Shown here piece after piece: positions 1-17,029 of a stretch of 64,000 nucleotides of DNA. Within the stretch, counting starts at the first letter, position 1. The number at the start of each line of letters is the position of its first letter. The translations under genes and the position numbers were made by a program. Origin of the DNA: the human T2T-CHM13v2.0 reference genome, Homo sapiens; NCBI RefSeq assembly GCF_009914755.1, contig NC_060937.1; one strand, 5' to 3'. Below the pieces are notes generated by a model. The model saw nothing but the letters and a program-made list of their open reading frames with translations. It was not told where the DNA came from and made no database searches.

Positions 1-224
1 ACTGCATGGTGACCATGCTTAATAGTAACATATTACATATTTCAAAATAATTAAAAGACTAGATTTTTAATATTCTCACCACAAAAATAAGTTGGTGAGA
101 TGATGTATACGTTAATTTGTTTGATTGAATGTTTCTATAATGTATATATAGATCAAAACATCACATTATTCCCCACAAATATACACAATTATTATTTGTC
201 AATTTAAAAATTAAACTTAAAAAA
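1..224 (+). mobile_element. L1MA-type LINE-1 3' UTR end (runs off the window start)
   Basis: Typical L1MA 3' motifs (ttctcaccacaaaa, aaaacatcacatt...ccccacaaatatacacaattattatttgtcaatt) ending in an A-rich tail. Confidence 0.75.
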
Positions 225-254
225 TTGTAAACCATGACCCTTTACCACTAAAAA

Positions 255-977
255 CTGTAATGCATTTTTCACAGAAATAGAAAAAAAATCCTAAACTGTG
301 TATGGAATCACAAAAAATCTGGAATAGCTGAAGTTGATACTGAGAAAGATAAAATTGAAGGCATCACACTTCCTGATTTAAAATTATACTACAAAGCTAT
401 AATAATCAAAAGAGTTTGATGCTGGCATAAAAATAGAAACATGGATGAATGGAACAGAACAGAGAGCCCCAAAATAAGTCCAAACATACACAGTCAACTA
501 ATTTTTGACAAGAGCACCAGTAGGACACAATGGAGAACGGATACTTTCATAACTATGGTTTGGGAAAAAATTCTTTTTCTGCATTCAAAAGAATAAAATT
601 AGTCCCTCATCATACCTTATAAACAAAAATCAACTCAAAATGGGTAAAAGACCTAAATGTAAGACCTGAAACCAAAAAATTCCTAGTAGGGAACAGAGGG
701 AGAATTCCTTAACATTGGACTTGACAATAATTCTTTGGCTATCACAACAAGAGCTTAGGCTACAAAAGAAAAAAATAAATGAATGGGACTACATCAAACT
801 AAAACACTTCTGCATAACAAAGGAAACAATCATCAAAATGAAAAGGCAACCTATGAATTGGAAAAAATATTTGCAAACCACATATCTAATGAGGGGTTAA
901 TATCCAAAATTTATGAAGAACACTTATAACTCAATAGCAGAAAAACAAATAACTCAATTAAAAAATAGACAAAGGAG
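255..977 (+). mobile_element. Old L1MA ORF2 C-terminal remnant, interrupted at ~977 by L1PB
   Basis: ORF 715-900 contains the ORF2-like KINEWDYIKLKHFC; many stops and frameshifts. Confidence 0.85.
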
Positions 978-2374
978 GATCATGGTGGATGGGAGGCAGG
1001 ACTAGATTTCAGCTCCCACTCAGATGGACAGAGTAGCATGTGGAGTCTCGCATCATGAATTTTTGCTCCAGAACTACTGCAGGAACAATTCAGGAAAGCC
1101 AAGAGAACCCACAGACGAGATTGCTCCTGCAGGACTTGGGAGACACACCAAATACTGTGAGTGCCCAAACTGTGGAAGTGGGAAAGGGGGACTGTCTGCC
1201 CCCAAACACACACCCTCACTTGGGAACTTGAAGGTCTAGATCATGGGAGAAGATTCTGACCTTACCTGGAGCTGAGTCAATTTAGAGAGCTGAGTGAAAT
1301 ACAGGAATAGAGGAAGTGGTGGGAAAAGCCCTTTGGGATCTCTGGGTTCCCAGGGAAGCCATTTCTGACTTGTCTCATAGGGCTACCTGGAGAGGGCTGT
1401 CAGTGGAACTGGGAAAAGGGCAAAGAGAGAAGAAAACTTCCAGCTGAACTTTGTAACAATTCCAACTGAATGAGAAGTCTCCTGGCCAGAACTCAGGGGA
1501 AGGCATAAATCTTGTGTGCAGACTCCACAGGTCGGGAAGCACAAAAGCCCCACTTGCTTTTGCAGCTGGGAGGCTGGTAGCCTGGGGCAAGTTCTCAGCC
1601 CTGCTCACCCACTGCCTGGAAACAGACTCAGTCCTGTTGTGGGGGGCATGGTGAGAGTGATAACTGCCTTCTGGGTTTTGTGGAAGCTGGGTGAGGCCTG
1701 TAACTGCCGACTTTCCCCCACTTCCCTGACACCTGCATGACACAGGAGAGGCAGCCATAATCCTCCTAGGAACATAACTCCATTGACCTCAGAACCACAC
1801 CCGCATCTGCCAGAGCAGCCACAGGAAGACCCGCCCAAGGCAAGACTGAGCTCAGACATGCCTAAGCCCTGCCCCCACCTGATGGTCCTTCCCTACCATC
1901 CCTGGTAGCTGAAGACAAAGGACATACACTCTTGGGAGTTCTAGGGCACAGCCCACCACCTGATTCTACCCATACTACCACAGCTGATGCTCTGCTGAAA
2001 GCGCCACCTCCTGGCATGAGGCCAACCAGCACAAAAATAATGCACTAAACCAAAACTAAGGACCCTCATAGAGTCCATTTCACCCTCCTGCCACCTCCAC
2101 TGGAGCAGATGCTGGTATCCATGGCTAAGAGATCCATAGACGGTTCACATCACAGGACTGTGTGCAGACAACCCCCAGTACAGCCTGAAGCCTGGCAGAC
2201 CTGATAGGTGGCTAGATTCTGAAAAGAGATAACAAACACTACAGCTCGGCTCTCAGGAAGCCACATCCCTAGTAAAAGGGGAAGAGTACTATATCAAGGG
2301 AACAACCTGTGGGACAAAAGGATCTGAACAACAGCCTTGAGCCCTAGAACATCCCTCTGACAGAGCCTACCCAA

Positions 2375-3335
2375 ATGAAAAGGAACCAGAAAACCAACTC
2401 TGGTAATGTGAAAAAACAAGGTTCTTTAACACTCCAAAAAAAAAAAAAAAATCACACTAGCTCAGCAGAAATTGATCCAAGCCAAAAAGAAATACCTGAT
2501 TTACCTGAAAAAGAATTCAGAAGGTCAGTTATTGGAGAAGCACTAGAGAAAGGAAATTTAAGGAAATTAAAAATGATACAAGAAATGAGGAGTGAAACCT
2601 TCAGTGAAATAGATAACATAAATAAAAAAAAATCAAAACTTCAGGAAACAATGGATGAACTTATAGAAATGCAAAATGCTCTGGAAAGTCCCACCAACAG
2701 AATCAAACAAGCAGAAGAAAGAATTGCAGAGCTTGAAGACAAGATTTTTGAATTAACCCAATCCAACAAAGACAAAGAAAAAAGAATAAGAAAATATAAA
2801 CAAAGCCTCCAAGAAGTCTGGGATTATGTTAAACTACCAAACCTAAGAATAATCAGTGTTTCTGAGGAAGAAGAGAAATCTAAGTTTGGAAGACATATTT
2901 GGGGAATAATTGAGGAAAACTTACCCGGCCTTGCTAGAAAACTAGACATCCAAATACAAGAAGCTCAAAGAACACCTGGGAAATTCATTGCAAAAAGATT
3001 GTCGCTTAGGCACACTGTCATTATGTTATCTAAAGTTAAGACAAAGGAAAGAATCTTAAGAGCTATGAGGCAAAAGCACCAGGTAACCTATAAAGGAAGA
3101 CCTATTAGATTAACAGCAGATTTCTCAGCAGAAACTTTATAAGCTAGAAGGAATTGGGGCCCTATCTTCAGCCTCCTCAAACAAAACCATTATCAGGCAA
3201 GAATTTTGTATCCAGTGAAACTAAGCTTCATAAATGAAGGAAAGATACAATCTTTTACAGACAAACAAATACTGACAGAGTTCACCACTACCAAGCCAGC
3301 ACTGCGAGAACTGCTAAAAGGAGTTCTAAATCTTG
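2375..3335 (+). pseudogene. Decayed LINE-1 ORF1p (coiled coil/RRM); open to 3142, then a premature stop
   Basis: ORF 2375-3142: SLQEVWDYVKLPNLRII, IQIQEAQRTP, YKGRPIRLTADFSAETL. Confidence 0.9.
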
Positions 3336-3447
3336 AAACAAATCCTATAAATACATCAAAACAGAGCCTCTTTAAAGCATAAATCTCACAGGACCTATAA
3401 AACAAAAATACAAGTTAAAAAAAAAGGTATACAGGCAACAAAGAGCA

Positions 3448-5340
3448 TGATGAATGGAATAGTACCTCACATTTCAATACTAACGTTGAATGTAAATGGT
3501 CTAAATGCTCCACTTAAAAGATACAAAATCACAGAATGAATAAGAATTCACCAACCAACTATCTGCTGCCTTCGAAAGACTCACCTAACACATAAGGACT
3601 CACATAAACTTAAGGCCAGGTGGAAAAAGACATTCCATGCAGATGAACACCGAAAGCGAGCAGGAATAGCTATTCTTAGACAAAACAAACTTTAAAGCAA
3701 CAGCAGTTAAAAAAGGCAAAGAGGGACATTATATAATGATAAAAGTCCTTGTCCAATGGGAAAATATCACAATCCTGAATATATATGCACGTAACACTGG
3801 AGCTCCCAAATTTATAAAACAATTACTAATAGACCTAATAAATGAGATAGACAGCAGCAAAATAATAATGGGAGACTTCAATACTCCACTGACAGCACTA
3901 GACATTTCATCAAGATAGAAAGTCAACAAAGAAACAATGGATTTAAACTACACCCTAGAACAAATAGACTTAACAGATATTTACAGAACATACTACTCAA
4001 CAACCACAGAATATACATTCTATTCAACAGTGCATGGAACTTTCTCCAAGAATAGGCCATATGATAGGCCACAAATAAGCCTCAATATATTTAAGAAAAT
4101 TGAAATTATATCAAGCACTCTCTTAGACTACAGCAGAATAAAACTGGAAATCAACTCCAAAAGAACCTTCTAAACCAGCAAATACATGGAAATTAAATAA
4201 CCTGCTCCTGAATGATCACTGGGTCAGTAACGAAATCAAGATGAAAATTAAAAAATTCTTTGAACTGAATGACAATAGTGGCACAACGTATCAAAATTTC
4301 TGAGATACGGCAGAGGTGATGCTAAAATGAAAGTTCATAGCCCCAAATGCCTACATCAAAAGACTGAAACAGCACAAACAGACAACCTAAGGTCACACCG
4401 GAAGAAACTAGAGAAACAAGAACAAACCAAACCCAAATCCAGCAGAAGAAAGTAATAACCAAGATTAGAACAGGACTAAATGAAATTGAAACAAAAAATA
4501 CAAGATAAAGGAAACAAAAAGCTGATTCTTTGAAAAGATACATAAAATTGATAGACCATTAGCAAGATTAACCAACAAAAGAAGAGAGAAAATCCAGACA
4601 AGCTCAATTAGAAATAAAATGGGAGATATTACAACTGATACCACAGAAATACAAAAGATTATTCAAGGCTACTATGAACACCTTTACATGCATAAGCTAG
4701 AAAACCTAGAGATTACTAAACTCCGGAAGATACAACCCTGCTAGCTTAAATCAGGAAGAATTAGATACCATGAGTAGACCAATAACAAGCAGTGAGATTG
4801 AAATGGTAATTTAAAAATTACCAATGAAAAAAAGTCCAGGACCAGATGGATTCACAGCTGAATTCTACCAGATATTCAAAGAAGAATTGGTACCAATCCT
4901 ACTCACACTATTCTACAAGATACAGAAAGAGGAGATCCTTCCTAAATTATCCAATGAAGCCAGTATCACCCTCCAGGAAAGTACATAACCAAAATAAATA
5001 AATAAATATATAAATAAAAGACCAATATCGCTAATGAATATAGATGCAAAAATTCTTAACAAAATACTAGCCAATCAAATCCAATAACGTATCCAAAATA
5101 CAATCCACCATGATCAAGTGGGTTTCAAACCAGGGATGCAGGAATGGTTTAACATATGCAAGTCAATAAATGTGATACACCACATAAACAGAATTAAAAA
5201 CAAAAATTACATGATCATCTCAATAGACACAGAAAAAGCATTCAACAAAATTCAGCATCCCTTTATGATTAAAACTCTCAGCAAAATCAGCACACGAGGG
5301 ACATACCTCAATGTAATAAAAGCCATCTCACAGCCAAAAT
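3448..5340 (+). pseudogene. Decayed LINE-1 ORF2p (EN and N-terminal RT)
   Basis: Fragments [54 protein letters not shown] split by stops and frameshifts. Confidence 0.9.
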
Positions 5341-5346
5341 AGGTGT

Positions 5347-5613
5347 ACTCCGTATATTCTCACTCATAGGTGGGAATTGAACAATGAGAACACATGGACA
5401 CAGGAAGGGGAACATCACACTCTGGGGCCTGTTGTGGGGTGGGGGGAGGGAGGAGGGATAGCATTGGGAGATATACCTAATGCTAGATGACGAGTTAGTG
5501 GGTGCAGCGCACCAGTATGGCACATGTATACATATGTAACTAACCTGCACATTTGTGCACATGTACCCTAAAACTTAAAGTATAATAATAAATAAATAAA
5601 TAAATAAATAAAA
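5347..5613 (+). mobile_element. Young, severely 5'-truncated L1PA2-like 3' end with (TAAA)n tail and no TSD
   Basis: Diagnostic gcattgggagatatacctaatgctagatgacgagttagtgggtgcagcgcacc (GAG, not the ACA/ACG of L1HS) and tattctcactc. Confidence 0.85.
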
Positions 5614-6030
5614 GAAATAAGCCAGGCAAGGAAGAAAAGTATTGCATGATCTCACTTATCAGTGGAAACAAGCAAATAAACAAAAACATCAAATGTATAG
5701 AGAATAAAACAGTGGTAATCAGGGCTAGGAGGTTGGGGAGCAGAGATGGGGATGTAAGTCAAAGTATATGAAGTAGCAGATATGTAAGATGAACAAGTCT
5801 AACCATCTAACATACAACATGAAGACTGTAGTTATTAATAATAATATAAAATTGTATTGGATTAATAATTTTTGTTAAATAAGTAGATTTTAGCTGCTCT
5901 TGTCAAAAAAAACTATATGAGATGAGAGGTATGTTATTTTGTTTCACTATAGTGAACACTTTACTACCTATATGTATCCAATATCGTATTATAAACCTCA
6001 AAAATGGATAATGAAATTTATTATTTAAAA
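5614..6030 (+). mobile_element. L1MA 3' end (probable continuation of the 255-977 element)
   Basis: gaaataagccaggc...tgcatgatctcactta followed by L1MA 3' UTR motifs. Confidence 0.75.
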
Positions 6031-6050
6031 CATGTTTTAAAAATACAAAA

Positions 6051-6226
6051 GTTGTTTGTAACCCAGAGGATACATGCTTGAGGGAATGGATACCCCATTC
6101 TCCGTGATGTGATTATTACACATTGCATGCCTGTATTAAAATATTTCATGTACCTCATAAATATATACACCTACTATGTACCCACAAACATGAAATAATT
6201 TTAAAAAATTTTTTAAAGGAAAAGAT
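6051..6226 (+). mobile_element. L1MA1/2-type 3' end fragment
   Basis: ggataccccattctcc...cacctactatgtacccaca; flanked by the repeat ttttaaaaatacaaa (6035-6049, 6227-6241). Confidence 0.75.
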
Positions 6227-9015
6227 TTTTAAAAATACAAAGATTAGGGAGTCATTCAAAAACAATAAAGGGAGGCTACAAGCCTGCGATGAGCTTCACA
6301 CTCCGCTAACCTCTAAAACCAAGAGTCTGCACATAGGAAGTCCCTCAGAATTTCTTGCAGCGCTTTCAAAATATATGCATGTCTAAGTCTCACCCTCAGG
6401 AGATTCTGACTCAGATTCTACCAATTTCAGTTGGTTTTTGGTTCACTTAATTACACTGAAAACTGTAAAGAAAATACACCTGGATACAGGTACATTTAGA
6501 CATTGCTAATCGGATCATTAAGCTTGTCAAATGCCCTACAAAAGAATAGTAATTCAAAATCATGAAGCATTAAATTGCAAAAACCTGGCCTGTATGCATA
6601 GGATGCTGGTAATTCTAAAGTGATGCTTTGTTTGCATGAGTGTTGAAAGGCTTTAAGTTACTGAGAAAGTATCATCATAAATACAAGTGGCAAATTTTGT
6701 ACTAGCCATGATAAGAATGAGTCACTAAAAGCTAAATGGACTTCTATGGTTATTCTTAGGTTTTATGACTTTTCAAAACTTAGTGTTTATTATTAAAGTT
6801 ATTCATAAAAATAATTAATCTAAAATTTGATAGTATCCTTTCCTCATCTCTCTTTCTTTTTTGCCCATTACAATTGTCTCAAAAAGGAAATTACATTTTG
6901 TATATATTATGTATTCTCTGAACTATTTCATTTTCCATATTATAATTCTCAAGTTGCTTCTGATGTGTGTGATATTAACAAATCCTAATTGGTTGAGTAA
7001 TAGGAGCAGACAGCCTATATAGTGTTAAGCCACTTCTACACTACCTATTTTCTGTATGCAAATCAGACAGAAACAAATGTTTGGCCCCAGCTGGGCAAAA
7101 TGTCCCATTTAGAATTCTTTTCCTCTTCTTTGTTCTTTGATGTTCTGCAAATGAGCTTTAGAACTCCACTCTTCACACAATTCAATTTTACAGACCCATT
7201 ATCTGAGATATAATGTGGAGGTTAAATATATCAGGGCAGCCATTATGTGAAAATAATTAACAGTAATGAATAATGCACTAATTCCACTGATGAGAGATGG
7301 TTATATGTGTAATGAAGTGTTGGGGCAGCCCTGACAAATGAAATTAAAATATTTAAACACTGTTTTATGATATTACTTTGCTCATATAATTTCCTTTACC
7401 TACAATGAGCCACTTGGATTATCGTCATTATCTTGACAGCTCTGAAGGATGAAATAGTGCGGGTTAATGTGACAGCGATTAGTCAGAGGAAAAATCCATC
7501 ACCCAGGGCAGAACAGGCTGAGGCAGAAAAGGCCTCTACACTGTCCTGTTTCCAACTCGAGAAGAATGATACTATCAACATCACTTCAATATTAAATGGA
7601 TAGAATTATCTTGTCATTCAGTTACAGCCTCTGAAGAACTACCTATTTGCACCTGCAAAAGAAAGGTCAGCCTTTCTTAATCACCCATAAAAATATATTG
7701 ATGGATTCTTTATATCAATAACAGTGACAGGAACAGAGACAGAAAAGAGATGTGACAATTTAAAAGCAAGAAGTTTTTCCCTCAAGTCTTTGCAGCCCTC
7801 TTTCCCCCACAATTTCTGCTCAAATTAAAATTGAATCTCCGGGTCCAACCTATTGAGAAGGACATTGTTGGCTGCTGACTGTCTTTACTCCAAAATTATT
7901 ATGTCAGACTCCTAATTTGAAAGCAGATTCTACTTTTACTGAACTTTATTCCAGGAATATTCTTTGGAACAATCATTCCTAAGCCTATGTATAGCTGCCT
8001 TTCCAGATGCAGCAAGTTTGAATTTTAAAAAACCTGGGGATGTGATAATCTATCTGTTCTTCATTAAAACTGATACTAAGTTCACATTAATGAATATGAC
8101 AGGAGAGGAAGTCATCGGCAACATGAGTGAGAACCATTGCGTCACCAATATCCATTCATGTTGTTATAGTTTTAGCTTATAAACTGACAATAGGGTATTA
8201 TTTCCAAAAATCTTTTAACTATATAAAATATTTTTTAAACCCTTAAAAATTATAGTTTTCTCTTTTTTTGACTTCAAAACAATTATGAATGCATGGAGAA
8301 ATTGCAGCCATTAGAACAGATTTCTAGAGAATTTTGATCCAGTGTTCTTCCTGTCTTTGATTACATGATGGCTTTCTTTGATTCTGCTCACAAGGGAGGA
8401 AAAAAAAACCAACAAGTTCATTTAAACAATAAGACTCAAGTTCTGTCCACTTTTCCTTAACTAGTTTCAATATGTTGGGAAACTTCCTACTCAGAAATGC
8501 ATGATCATTTAGAGTGTGAATAGTGGCATGTTTCATTTGCCAGTATCTAAAGTGGAGTTCAAAGGTTGATCTCCTTTATGTCAAACCAAGTCCATTTTCT
8601 GAGTAACAAGAACAGCAGCTTTGCTGGCAGACCTTTCCTGACGTGTCCCTGCTAACACCAGGACACAACAGCACAGCAAGGAACAAGTCATATATTCACA
8701 ATACTTTTCCAAATGTAAACTACTTCGCTCAGTATCTCCTCTGCTGTATAAATATAGTACAACACCACTGGAATAAACAAATACCAAGACAGTGTCATTT
8801 AGGGACTGAAATACTAATTATCATCTGGGCAGACAATCAAAATTTTTGGAGAACCAAACGCACAACATAAAAAAGCCTTGTTAACACTGATACTGAGGGA
8901 ATAAGATAATACCTTGTAAAAGCTAAGATTAACTATGTAACATCAGCATATTTATAATTTAACCTGCAGTTAAATCACAATAGCAAGGCCCATTATGTAA
9001 GAGGTGGTGGTGTAG

Positions 9016-9517
<502 letters not shown>

Positions 9518-10559
9518 ATGACATCACATTTAATGTCTCTCTACCTCAATAGTAATATTTCCCAATAGGAAATAATTATTCAAAATAATATATATATCTC
9601 TTTCCTGCACTTCTTGCTTTTGGTTTGAAAAAAAAATACAATTTACTTCAATTATCTGACAATGAAGTGCCTGGGCAATAAATCCAACATTAAAAAATCA
9701 TTTCCAGCAAATTACTCCAATAAAATCAATGAAGGTCAGGCTCAGCTGTAGCAACAAATAAATGACATGCTATTGACAGACTAGATGGACTTAATTGTCA
9801 TTTATGAAGGTTAAGGGGATAAAACAATCTAATAGAAAGCAGATGTTTACTAAACAAAAAAAAAAAATGGAAGCAGGTGAAATAGATTGAGAAAGGTAAG
9901 TTAGGCATGAACAGCTTCAACAGTCTAGTCCCAGAGCAAAAATACAAGTTATTCTAATTCTCAGCAGCATGTGTGTTTGAGTAGTTCAATATTTATCTGC
10001 TTCAGGCTGCTTTGTGTTCTTTTATATATTGAAGTCATGAAACAGATTTTCTGCTAATAGAAAATGAAGAATTGATAAAATTGAGTAACGGTAGCCAGGT
10101 TAAAAGCAGTTTGACCCATTTCAAATTTCTAGTAGCTGCATCTGTAAAAACAGCAAACACTAGGAGAAGAAAGTTTTCCATCTCTCTAATATGGAAATAA
10201 CTAGCTAATTGTGGCAATATTCTTTGCCAGGTATAAATCTAGATTGTGAATGTTAATATTAAGTTTAAAATGCATGTTTTCATGTAAGCACTAAGAAATA
10301 AATCTAGAAGGATCTTCCTGGCTGATCATTTTCCTCTCCTAATAAATTTTAGCAAGGTTTACAATGACATGGGTCAAACTGCTTTGTCTATACAGATTTC
10401 TGAGTACACTCTGAAACTTGCTTTCCCTGGGAATATCTAGCCAGGGTCTTTCCTCTTTCCTCATAATGAGCTCTGAGCTGTTGCTTTAATCTAAAAAAGA
10501 AAAAGAAAAGGAGAATCATTTTGAAAAGTTCCAGCTATCCTGGAAACTATACCTTCAAA

Positions 10560-10725
10560 GAATCTTTAAAAGTAAAAATAAAAAAGATCATAGATCATTG
10601 AATCCCACCGCTTCAACTTACAGAAGCAGAGAAAGAGAATCTTCTCAGGGTCTCAGATGTGTCTAGGTCAGAACTGACACCTACCTAGGTCACTAACTCC
10701 CAGGGCAAGGACCTTACCAAACCAT
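10560..10725 (-). mobile_element. MIR-family fragment (highly diverged)
   Basis: Weak similarity to the antisense MIR core. Confidence 0.4.
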
Positions 10726-12049
10726 AGTTCTTCTTGACCTAAAGTGTTAAAAAGGAAGAGGAAGTATTGTATGCTTCCTACAGACCACTGTTTTATAAAA
10801 ATAAATGATCAACTGTTCTCAAGCGAGCCCACAAGTACGCGCTGAATTGATTAAAAGAGCAAGGACCAAATTATTCAAACGAAGAACTTTTCCTCTTCCC
10901 CCCAGAGCACATGAGCAACTCCGAAAGCATCTGGTCCTACTTCTCACATAGATAGTCCAGACACTCCCAACTCTTCAGAAAAAATAAAAAGAAAGGAAGA
11001 AGGGAGAGAGAAAAGAAAAGAAGTCTTTAAATTTGACCTAGTTGCCTCAAATTCTTTGAAGAAAATAAATAAGCAAATAAAAATCTTTCTACAACAAAAT
11101 AAAATGAATGTGAATTTTACTTGCGTTTGGTAATATCTAAAAATTATTTTTGTCTTAGAAAAAGATTTGATTAGGGCATTTCTTAGAGAAAAAATAAAAT
11201 TTTTGAAATCAAAAAAACAAAAACAGAAAAAAATGACATAGTAACGTAATTGGGACAATGTGAACAATATTTCATATTTTTTCTTTTAATGACTGTCCTC
11301 AATGTTGATAAACTAAAATCACTAAGCATTCTCTCAATTGTTAATTAAAAAGAATACTTGCTCAAAAGTCAAGCATTAGTTCCCAGTTCACATTCTTTAT
11401 TATTAGACTTTATTTCAAGTACTATTTCATGTATGAGTACAATGTTAAAACAAAACCACCAAAAACAGTTTTATGCATTAAAGGCATGATTTATAAGAGT
11501 CAGCAGGGACTAACTATTCAACATTAGAGTTGGGAACTGCTCAGGCAAATTTCTGGTGAAGCTACTGCTTATTAAGAGAACTTCACCCATGAATATGCCT
11601 AAGGAGTGTTTTCCTGGAGAAAACCAAAGTGAGAAAGGGAATTTGTTTTTAAAATGAGAGTTACATTATAAATGTTTAATACCCCAAAAGTAATACATCT
11701 TCCTCAAATGTGGAAGACCTAAGTTCTGGAAGCTAAGGTTTAAGGAAATTGAGGATAATTTCTGACTCTCAGTAGCCCTGTTAATTCCATCCAAGTTGAA
11801 AGAAACTTTTTTCCTGTTTTTATTTCACGTGGACTTTATAAAGATGCATAAGTCTGGGTTTAACACCCTCAGCATATAGGTGCTAAAGAAATATAGAAAG
11901 GCTTGAACAAGATCCAAGAATAATCACAAATGGTTTAAGCTTCTCCCACTTTATTCCACCAACTGGCAATCCACTCCCAGGCACACCCACCATGAGAGTC
12001 AAGTGTATGAATTGAGACTATCTGCCATTTAACCATAATGTCAATACAA

Positions 12050-12760
12050 AAGATTTTCAAAACTTCCACCTGAGCACTGATTTCTCTCCCAAGATCCCAT
12101 CACCTTTTTGATTTCTACCACGATGGCTTCAAAATCAACCTATTGGAGACAGAAATCATCACCTTCCACAGAACAAATATCTTCCAGAAAATTTTCTATT
12201 TCTCCTAATGGCACGAACATCCTCACTTCAACTTCTCCAGCCTTTTCTCTTCCCCAAGCAATCACCTACCAGCTCCTATTAAATGTCACACGAGCACTAG
12301 CCCATTTCCTTTCATTTTTATTTTTATCACACTAATGTGGCTCAGCCCACGTTACTTTGTAGAAACATAGTATACCAAAAGATAGGCCTCCAATCTTTTC
12401 TCCTTCCACACAGTCTGTCCTGAACATGCCTGCAAGATTTAAATTTGACTATAGATTACAAGCTTTATTCCAGACCCTCACATTTGTTTCCCATTTTTCC
12501 CAACCAACCAAAAGAGTTTTCCTCCCAGTTTTCTCCACAGGACCCCTTTTCTCTCATCATACACCTTTTCCCTCACCATGTCCTTGCTCAGTGCTTTGCC
12601 CTGAAAAATGGAGACTCTCACACTGTGCGCCCCCACAAGTGCTGAATTGCCCCCTCTCCATCACTGCCCATCCAAATCTTACCCATTTATCAAGGCCAGC
12701 TGAATGGACTCCCCTCATGCAGCTTTTTCCTGCTGTCTCTGTCCAGAAATGATTAATTAA
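12050..12760 (+). mobile_element. L2 LINE remnant
   Basis: Pyrimidine-rich L2 3'-region motifs (ttctctatttctcctaatggcac-like, catccaaatcttacccattt..caaggccagc). Confidence 0.6.
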
Positions 12761-12764
12761 CTTT

Positions 12765-13031
12765 GCATTCATTTAACATTGACATAATGTCTACCATGTG
12801 AATGATACCACTTTCGGTGCCAAGTGAAGATGAAAAGGAAAGAGTTGGAAAAGCCTCTTAACATTACAGAAGTAGAGAAGTTTGGTTCTCAAATATCTTT
12901 CTGGTATTAGGTAGGAAGTGAGAAGCACCATAAGGAAAGAGCTGCTGAAAGCCACGGAGGCTTAAGGGAGGCAGAAAGCTCTAAAGCCACTAAAGTGGAG
13001 GTGACATTTGCATTTGAAAATGAGGGATAGG
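12765..13031 (-). mobile_element. L2 3' fragment, split by the NIPA2 retrocopy and resuming at ~16430-16520
   Basis: cattcatttaac tail; ggaggtgacatttg... continues after the TSD as ggacaagtggagatggagagaaaaggcatt. Confidence 0.55.
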
Positions 13032-16413
<3,382 letters not shown>

Positions 16414-16553
16414 GAACATGAGGGATAGGAAGCTTTTGGACAAGTGGAGATGGAGAGAAAAGGCATTTTCTGTATAGAAAATTGGACACAAGAGCATTCT
16501 AGTGAATAGCAAAGTATATTCAAAGGGCAATGGCCTTCCTATAAATTCTCTAA

Positions 16554-16602
16554 TATTAGTTTTAATGGCAAAAACAGCAATTACTTTTGTACTAGCCTAA
16601 TA
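16554..16602. mobile_element. MADE1 (Hsmar1-derived MITE) with most of the left arm deleted
   Basis: ttttaatggcaaaaacagcaattacttttgtactagcctaata matches the MADE1 right half and terminal TA. Confidence 0.8.
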
Positions 16603-16689
16603 TTCTCCTTTACTTGTGGAGTGTAACATAGTTACGGCCATAATAAGAATGACATATGGGCATATTGTATTTTACATAATGTCCTTACT

Positions 16690-16832
16690 CTGCAAAAGTA
16701 TTATTAGCCCCATTTTATAGATAAGAAGGCAAAATGACTTAGCTAAGACCATACATTCTACTAAGTTATAGAGGTGGCATTTGAACCTGAGCCTGTCTGA
16801 TTCAAAAATGCTTTACTCTTTTCATCATGCCA
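16690..16832 (-). mobile_element. MIR
   Basis: attattagccccattttatagataagaa...atttgaacctgagcctgtctgattcaaa. Confidence 0.75.
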
Positions 16833-17029
16833 TGGATCACACATGATTGATCACGCAAAGATGAATAAAATACAGTTCTCATATTTAAGAAAGTCTTTGG
16901 TCCAGTGGAGGACCAATGCTTAGTACTTATTACTTGCAGCCTAATATGCTAACAATGGCAGCTAGGAAAGCCTTATTTCCATGGTCTTACTTTAAGTTCT
17001 CATCCTATCTGGACGAACTTGTCTGCTTG

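Larger units (their letters stand above)
975..5340 (+). mobile_element. L1PB-type LINE-1 with 5' UTR, ORF1 and the first part of ORF2; 3' half missing
   Basis: 5' UTR begins ggaggatcatggtggatgggaggcaggactagatt; ORF1 from 2375; ORF2 endonuclease start (HISILTLNVNGLNAPLKR) near 3450; RT motifs to ~5340. Confidence 0.9.

Noticed and set aside
10905-10940. Hammerhead-ribozyme-like ATGAG..CTCCGAAA..GTC (also CTGATGA near 7286 and 63564)
   Set aside because: Core CUGANGA and/or stems I and III are not formed
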